Under the pieces are notes generated by a model that had not been told where the DNA came from, ran no database searches, and saw only the letters and a program-made list of their open reading frames with translations. Shown here in pieces: positions 56,315 through 64,000 of a stretch of 64,000 bases of DNA. How positions within the stretch are numbered: position 1 is the first letter of the stretch; each line of letters starts with the position of its first letter. The stretch covers positions 2,356,001-2,420,000 of the forward strand of contig CP075495.1 in NCBI GenBank assembly GCA_021613535.1. The letters are read 5' to 3'. The DNA comes from Adineta vaga. Taxonomy: Eukaryota; Animalia; Rotifera. Both the position numbers and the translations under genes were made by a program.

Positions 56315-57621
56315 ATGGTACGATGGTATTTACTATTCGTCGTTACAGTCAAAATCTGTGTATTAATACAGAGAATTCAAACTGTTGAATATGATACATA
56401 TCTTCATGTTTTTTCAAAGAGAAACGTTGATAAACCGGTAACTATCTTGTGGACAGATACGAAAAAATGGGGAGAAAATAACTCATTTCGAACGTGTTCA
56501 TTAAAATTAATTGCACATGGTTATGCTGAACGATGGAATATGGATTGGCGATGGGATTGGGTTAAGGATATGAAAAATGAAATGCTTAGTAATAAAACAA
56601 AAGAAAATCTTTGTGTAGTTGCTATCGATTGGGAAAAAGGTGCAAGAGAAGTGAATTTTATTACAGCTGTTGGTAATGCGGATATCGCAGGACAACATTT
56701 AGCTGAATTTATACAAAATAATGACATAGGACCAAAACGATTACATTGTATTGGATTCAGGTAAGAAAAGAAAAAGTGTTTTTTGTCGCTATATATTAAA
56801 CGAATCGTTTTCTACTTAGTCTCGGTGCGCATCTCTGCGCTTTTGCTTCAGCTCATTATTTTCGATTAACGAAAAAAACAACGAAATTTGCACGTATAAC
56901 TGGTCTAGATCCTTCGGGTCCTCTTTTACGTAAAGCATCGGTCGACAAACGTTTATCACGTGATGATGCTGATTTTGTTGATGCTATACATACGTCAGCA
57001 ACATTCGGTTTACAAGAAAAAAGTGGACATATGGATTTTTTTCCTGATGGTGGAAAAAGTACTGCAAATGGATGTGAAAAATTAATTGAAATTAAAGATG
57101 AAGAAGAAGAAGAAGTAAAAGTTGAAAAACATCATCGAATAAAACGATTCTTTTTTAATAAGAATAACGATAAAAATGATACTAATGAAGATGATATACC
57201 ACGAAAAAATGTTATCGAAAAACTACGCGATCAAATTGGAAAAATTCGTCCATTTAAAAAGGTCTTTCTCAATATTCATGCGTATATAGGCTGTAATCAT
57301 CTACGTTCACCTCATTACTATATCTCATCAATTAATCAATGTCAATTTCGAGCGAAATTCTGTACGTCATGGTCGGATTATCTAAGAAAGAAATGTAAAG
57401 ATCCAACTGATAATAATTTAACTTATCCACGGATGGGTTTTTATGCTGAACAAAGTGATTCAATCTATCAACGTGGAAATGGAAGTTTCTATTTAAAAAC
57501 AAAATCTCAAAAACCTTATTGTTTATCGGAATCTTTACCTTCTCTACAAAAAAATCAAACAAGTTTAACATCAAAAATAAAAAAAAAACTTTCTAAAATT
57601 CTTCCTAAACGAATTGGTTAA
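56315..57621 (+). CDS. Secreted pancreatic-lipase/phospholipase A1 family enzyme, no PLAT domain
   Basis: Signal peptide; LIAHGY, VAIDW, LHCIGFSLGAH (nucleophile motif across intron 56761-56819), ITGLDPSGP, DADFVDAIHTS, GHMDFFPDGG, CNHLRS catalytic His. Confidence 0.92.
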
Positions 57622-58149
57622 AATCTTTTCAAAAATAAAACAGAAACAAAAGATATTTTTATGTATGTATATGTGCAATTTTCTTTCGTTTGGAATATCA
57701 TACAAAATAAACTTGTTTCTGATCAATACATATCAGTCAAAAAGAAAACATGATACAGAGTATTACAACATATAAACAGCAGACGAAGAAGAAGAAGAAA
57801 AAATAAATAAATAAGACACTGAAGGAAAGAGAACAAAAAAAAGTATATATTTCCATAATACAATCATACAGAAGAAAGAAATAAGAATTCCTTTATTATA
57901 TTAGTGAAAAAAAAAAGAAAAGAAGCTGTCTTTAGATCATAGATTTACAATTGAATAAATAGAGAGAGAAACGATGAACACACGGTAATATGACATTTGT
58001 GTTCACCGGGGTCATCAAGACGTAAAACATTATTTAAATTCCAATAACAGTATAATGAGCAAACGAAACAAAATATTTCAAAAGACAAACAATAACAACA
58101 AAAAAAATATAGGAAAAGTTGATTAATTCCAGAAAATCGATTGTTTGTA

Positions 58150-58816
58150 TTATTGACAAAGACCACCGAACATTTCTTGACTAGCATAAGTCATGTAGAG
58201 AAAACCATCGTCATCCTTAATAAATCAGAAAACAAAATAATCAAATCATATCTTTCATTCTATTTTACTTTATCATCACGATAGATTTCAGCCATGGACG
58301 TAGACATTGATGCAATACTTTTATTGTTCACCAGTAAGTAAAAAGCTTGATTAGCATTTAATTGCATACGATTTCTATTGAAGATGAATATGAAATAAAA
58401 ATGAAATGGTCGATATGCTTAAATTTCTATTTACCGTATAATTGTCACAAATTGTGACATGGTCAATTCTTGAGGTACCAAAAATTTCGTTTTATCTAAA
58501 ATAAAATAACTAATTGAAACGAATGAATAATAGAAAATTAAAAATTTGTACCTAAGATTGGGAGATCTTTTTCTTTATGATAACGTTCGACAATAACTGG
58601 AATTTCTAAGAAAAATTCATTTCATTCTTGATGATATAATCAAAATAAACAACATACTATTTGGAAATTTACTACGAATGCCTGCAACTTCTTCTTTTCG
58701 TGTTGCTATAAATAACAAATTAATCGATTTAGAAGAAGAAGAAAAAAAAACAAATCTTTACCAAAACTTTTTCGTTGTTTAAATGTACGTGTATCAACAT
58801 TCGATGAAGATGGCAT
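58150..58816 (-). CDS. MAP1LC3: Atg8-family LC3 (LC3C-like) autophagy protein
   Basis: FKQRKSFATRKEEVAGIRSKFPNKIPVIVERY, LDKTKFLVPQELTMSQF, QAFYLLVN, DDDGFLYMTYASQEMFG-GLCQ*. Confidence 0.95.
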
Positions 58817-58979
58817 TGTTATTGTTCTTTTATATTCGTCGTTAAATCTAAAAGATGAAATATTTAAATAATAATAATAATAATACAATAGTCGAAAGTA
58901 TATGTCTCTCTTTCTCTCTATCTTCGAAGATAATAAAATGACGATGGTTAAATAAATTTCTCGAGAAAATGACACAACA

Positions 58980-59017
58980 GTAAACAATAAAATCTAACTC
59001 ATTCGATATGACGTCAT
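58980..59017. promoter_or_regulatory. FOXO element plus palindromic CRE upstream of LC3
   Basis: GTAAACAA at 58980-58987 and ATGACGTCAT at 59008-59017, 165-200 nt upstream of the LC3 ATG. Confidence 0.5.
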
Positions 59018-59920
59018 CTTGTGTATATGTAAGCCGAACACTGCTTCTTAAAAGAAAATAGAAACGAAAGAAAGAAAAAAAAGAAATAGACGATTTAATC
59101 ATCTTTTGTTTATTTGATTCGATTGATCATCGGACATTTCGATCGAATTAATGGAAAAAAAAAGAAGAGAAAGGAAAACGTAGGATGAATATAGAGATAC
59201 AATCGATTCCTCTGTTGGCATATATATTAATAACGACGAAGAATAGGGGGGCGGATACTTCTTTCTTTTTATTCTTTACTATATATGCATCAAACTCCAA
59301 CTATCTATTACTGACGAGCTGCTGCCTATATCTATGTCTATTATATTTATACTTCAATGCGCACAGTGATACTTTTCGCTTTCTTTACCCTGCAGAATAT
59401 TTAATCATCGTATCGTTTCACTTCACTTATTATTCAATGTAGAAAGCAAAAAATAACTAATTGGACTAAAACGACGGGGATATTATCTTTTTCTTCTCAT
59501 ACTCATTACATATCTAAACAAACAAAAGATTTGCTCTATATACAGTATTCATTTGAAGAAAAACAAAATAAGAAAAAAAAGAAAATAAGCTATTATCGTT
59601 TAATTTAATCTGAAACTTTCTTTTCTCTTCTTAATCTGCTATAATGAATGAACAAAAAAAATATATATAATATAAGCAGTCAAATAAGCATCATTTGACA
59701 ATAAAAACAAAAGAAGAAAAAAAAATCCTACTGTACAATTGAAAGAAAAGGAAATTTTTTGTTTTTTAAACATTTTTTTTTCTCTTTTGTACCCACAGTT
59801 TCGTTTTGTATGCATATATACATAGAATGTCTTAATATTAAAAAGTTTGTTTATGGAAAGAAAATCTCAAATGTATCGTTTTTCGTTTAATTTTATTGTT
59901 GTTGTTGTTATTATTATTAT

Positions 59921-60751
59921 TCACGAATAATTTGTATCATATGAAGAATTCGGTCGATTATTTGATGCAGCTGATGATTGTCTTGAATTATGTTGTTGTG
60001 AACTTGATGAATAACGTGATGAAACTGTTTTAATATGATGTTGATGTTGTGATAATAATGGATATAAAGATTCATCAAGTGTATCCGTTTCACAATAAAG
60101 TTTTATTGTACGTAAAAGATAATCAGTTTGAATAAGTAAATGATTAGCAGCAATGAAAACATCATCACGATTACTATCACGAAAATAAGCTTTCAATGTA
60201 TTACTAAAATGTTTACTATATTTGATAAATTCTTTCTTTTCATTTTCCAATGCTTGTCGTCCATCAAGTGTTTTAAAATATTGATAAGTATTGGAAACAC
60301 TATCGAGTGTTTTCTTAATTGCACTTGCTATTTCTTTGATTGTTTCAAGAAAATCACGTTTTTCATTGATATCATCAGGTATACGACTTAAGATACGTTT
60401 TAAATTTCTTGAACGTGCATTTAATTCTTGAAATTCTTGTTCACTACGTGCTGATGAAATATAATACGGTGATTTATCACAATATTTTTCAAGTTTAAGT
60501 GTTAATTCATTCATATTCATTGTTGCAGATAATAATGGTGTTTCTTTATTAATAAATGATTGAAGAAAATTACTTGAAAAACCTGGATAAATTTCTTCTA
60601 ATTTAAATAATGTTGTACGAAGATCTGATTGAATATCTTTATAACCTGATTTATCTAATTGATTAACAACAGGATATAAAATATTGGGTAAAACAAGTGC
60701 ATTCGTTGGATTAACATTGGACGAAGATGAACCTTCGTTAATCATTGCCAT
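59921..60751 (-). CDS. PDCD10: Programmed cell death 10 / CCM3, intronless CDS with a Ser-rich C-terminal extension
   Basis: ILYPV, EEIYPGFS, EQEFQELN, LKRILSRIPDDI, FLETIKEIASAIK, ALENEKKEFIKYSKHFSNTLKAYF, VFIAANHLLIQT. Confidence 0.93.
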   Translation of the reverse strand: MAMINEGSSSSNVNPTNALVLPNILYPVVNQLDKSGYKDIQSDLRTTLFKLEEIYPGFSSNFLQSFINKETPLLSATMNMNELTLKLEKYCDKSPYYISSARSEQEFQELNARSRNLKRILSRIPDDINEKRDFLETIKEIASAIKKTLDSVSNTYQYFKTLDGRQALENEKKEFIKYSKHFSNTLKAYFRDSNRDDVFIAANHLLIQTDYLLRTIKLYCETDTLDESLYPLLSQHQHHIKTVSSRYSSSSQQHNSRQSSAASNNRPNSSYDTNYS

Positions 60752-61408
60752 TAGAACTGATCTAAAATTGAATGATGAACAAATCAAAATTGAAATGTAA
60801 TAAAACAAAATGCGGAAGATTGAGCGTCATTTTTTTACAGTTCAATGTTCAGTCGCATCACATCATTTTCGTAGTCCTTCAATCTCTATACGGTTCTGTA
60901 ACCTTACATAACATTGTCGAATGACAAGGTACAAAATTCTGATTTTTTTTTCTTCTTCTCTATAAAAACTTCATATTCTAGAATACAGATAGGAAAAAAA
61001 AGGAAACTTTCAATATCATTCAAATACGTATTTATCGATGCTTATAAAACAATTGTCGCTAGAATATTTGGATTATGAAGTTATATAAATCTTGATTTAT
61101 TTTATCGAATAACATTCCTAAAATATTCCTTATACATAAAAGATCGAAAAGATCTCTGATAATTAAATTGAAAATAATATTTGAAATATAATCATTCACA
61201 AAAAAAACAAAACACAATAATAACAAACTCTCGTGTTCGCCATAACTGAATTTCAATAAACATCATGAAACCTCCTCCTCTTCTAAAGGAAAAAAATCTC
61301 ATTGGTCGATAGAATATTCCAATAAATAATTCTTCGTTGATGACTGAGACTGATGATTGTTGATGAGAAAACAACTAATGTTGTATCTATTATTTGATTG
61401 AAATAATA

Positions 61409-64000
61409 ATGTCGAATATAAATTTATTTCCTGAATTGGATAATGATCAAGGACATAAACAAGATTATAATAATGGTCATTATCATGAAAAAGAAGAAGA
61501 AGAATTAATTGTTTTTGGTTATTCATGTAAATTATTTCGTGATGATTTTTTTGCAAAAGCAATTGATCGTGGACAAAGTCTTATACCATGGAATGGTGAT
61601 GAAAACATTATGATTGACAGGTGTGAAAAAAACGACTTTTTGTTTGATTTTGAATTTTTTGTCTTTCGAAAAAACAATAAGAAACTTAATCATTTCATCT
61701 CTTTTCTCATTCTCTATATGAGATTTTAAGAAAAAGAAATAGAAAGAAAACATTCAGATAACCGAATGGTAAGTATCGGTAGTGTTTATTTCCGATTTTA
61801 GGATAAAATAAAATAAAATCTAAAATTATGAAATGGCTTTTATCAGGTGAGAAGCTGCTATATGTCCTTCAATTTGGTAAGTTTATCTTATCACTTTATA
61901 TATATATATATACATAAATATCTCGAATAAAGTTTGTTTTCGTCAATGTTTGTTTTTCTATTTATATACATTACTTTTTCTTTTATTGCAGCAGTACAGA
62001 CAATTCATCTCGACAGTTCTTTAATTAGAAATAATTAAGAGCATGATTGAAAAGAAAAAATAAAAGCGAGAGTAGAATTTCCATATCAGATAGAAGAAAA
62101 TATCATGATCAAAAAATTAAACTTTTCTTTTTTTTTTTCGTATCTTTATAGGTATGATTGTCGTGGACATTTATCGGATTTAACATTATGGGATAGTGAT
62201 TTATTACGAAAAAAACCAGGATATAATGAAGAACAATATATGAATGAAGAAGAAAAACGAATAGAAGAAGAATGTGAACAAGAACGATATTTAGAATTGT
62301 ATAGAGATATTGAAAAAGAAACATTACAACAAGGTTAAATTGATGAATCTCTTCTTTTTCTTTCGGCTTTAATTTGAATATTTTGTTTTAGAAGAAGAAT
62401 TAAAACGAAAGAATGCAGATAAAAATACATACAATCAAGTGGGATTTAATTATCAAGAATCGAATCCAACAGTAACAAAAACAACAGAAGGTAATAATAC
62501 AATTAACGAAAAGATTCATATACTTATTTGCTTCAATTTTAGAACCATCACAATCACTTGATGATGATGAATATGAACCATTTTATCCGTCGGAAAAATT
62601 ACAGATACCATATGGAATGGATATTGTAAGTATTCTCGATTGATTCTTAATTTTTCTTTTTATTTCGAATACTATTCTAGCCGGAATCTATCAAATTAAA
62701 TGCTATCATTGAAAAAACAGCTAGTTTTGTGTCAACATCCGGTGTTCAAATGGAAATTGTTCTCAAAACTAAACAAGCAAATAATCCTCAATTTGATTTT
62801 CTCAAATATGATCATTATCTCAATCCATACTATCGTCATTTAATAATTATGATTAAATCAGGCAAATATCGACCGAATGTCGATAATAATTCAAATACAA
62901 ATAATGCGAAGAAAAATTCGAATAAGAATGGTGAAGAAAGAATATTTAGTTTGTTGTCTATTCATCGAAATTTTTCTTTAGGTGTTGATCAAAATAGTAG
63001 CCATGATGAAGATGAAGGTGGTGATTCTTATTTACATCCATTATTACGTGGTGGAGCAAATACTGAGAATGCAAATGCATTAAAGAAAACTGAAGAAATA
63101 CCACGTAAACCAGCAGTTCCATTGAATATTCATAATACAGCTTATGGACAATTAATTAAAAAATACGAACATCTTCGACAACGTGATAAGTATGTTTCAA
63201 TAGTATGACAAATGAAACGAATTATTTTAATTTAAAAATTTAATTTAGAATTGCGAAAGAAAATGAAGAAGATAAAATGTCACCAAAATCGGATGATATT
63301 AAAAATGAAGAATCATCGTACGTATTAAACAGTAGTATTAATCTCTTCATTCATAGTTTTATTTCATAGGCCACGATCGGAATCATCATCCTCATCAACA
63401 ACTGTTATTCCACCTCCACCTGATGTTAAACCAATAATTGATAAATTAGCTGAATATGTTGCACGTAATGGTAAAGAATTTGAACAATCTATTCAAATCA
63501 AAAATGATCCTCGTTTTGGATTTCTCGAACGTGATCATATACATTACAATTATTATCAATTAAAAGTACAATTATGTACAGTAAGTTAGTTATAAGATAA
63601 AGAGCAAATAAATGAGATTTTTCTTTGTTATTTATCTAGCAGAATATACTTCAAAGTAAAACCGAAGACAATCAAAACGATTCGGATAATAATGAACTAA
63701 ATATTCATGGTAAAAGTGTTAAATTAGTATTAAAAACAGCGACAGATGAATCATTAACACCGACATCATGCCGTGAATTTCAATCCGATGAAGATTCAAA
63801 TTCAAATCAACCAAGTAATTTTCTCATGAAAAGAAATATTTATTGATAATTGAAACATTCAAACTACTCATTTTTGGATATTTCATGTTGATATAAAAGA
63901 ACGATTTGAATGTGCTACATGGCGCATTTCTTCTCTTTTATTCAAAATGATCTTACCTTGTAATTTCATTTGAATATCTCTCAACAAGCATAATACAATA
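61409..64000 (+). CDS. SFSWAP: Splicing factor SWAP (suppressor of white-apricot); 3' end not resolved, last recognisable exon ends near 63814
   Basis: DRY_EERY domain ([37 protein letters not shown]) and two SURP modules (IIEKTASFV...QFDFL...NPYY; [21 protein letters not shown]...DPRFGFL). Confidence 0.93.

Noticed and set aside
60140-60391. Plus-strand ORF antisense to PDCD10
   Set aside because: Antisense shadow with no independent features.
1-64000. tRNA, rRNA, CRISPR arrays or prokaryotic-type systems
   Set aside because: No cloverleaf, rRNA-like sequence or regularly spaced repeats seen; GGTTCGA-like matches (about 8372 and 37475) lie within coding exons; all identified genes are metazoan-type.

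Overview
Eukaryotic (animal) genomic DNA, very AT-rich and gene-dense, with many ~50-70 nt GT-AG introns. This style fits a bdelloid rotifer or similar small-genome spiralian (inference). I assembled exons by hand, so boundaries are by eye. Genes in order: 3' end of an unknown gene, TRAPPC5, Meis/homothorax, a NOX5-type NADPH oxidase, an orphan secreted protein, hemicentin (with a nested same-strand 7TM receptor-like gene), a RASD/Rhes-like GTPase, IFT56/TTC26, an LRR-less peroxidasin, RFC4, SRA1, a COX7A-like mitochondrial protein, a pancreatic-lipase-family enzyme, an LC3 (Atg8), PDCD10/CCM3 and the 5' part of SFSWAP. The most unusual feature is a complete Kunitz/BPTI domain, on its own symmetric phase 1-1 exon, inserted in the extracellular loop between TM3 and TM4 of the NOX5. 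It lies near hemicentin and a peroxidasin, which may indicate an extracellular-matrix redox cross-linking module (hypothesis). Other points: a lipase with a 72-residue lid carrying a furin site, decoy/poison splice elements in SFSWAP intron 1, operon-like gene spacing, MEIS/PBX sites inside the Meis locus, and a frameshift in hemicentin. No rRNA, tRNA, CRISPR array or clear mobile element was seen.
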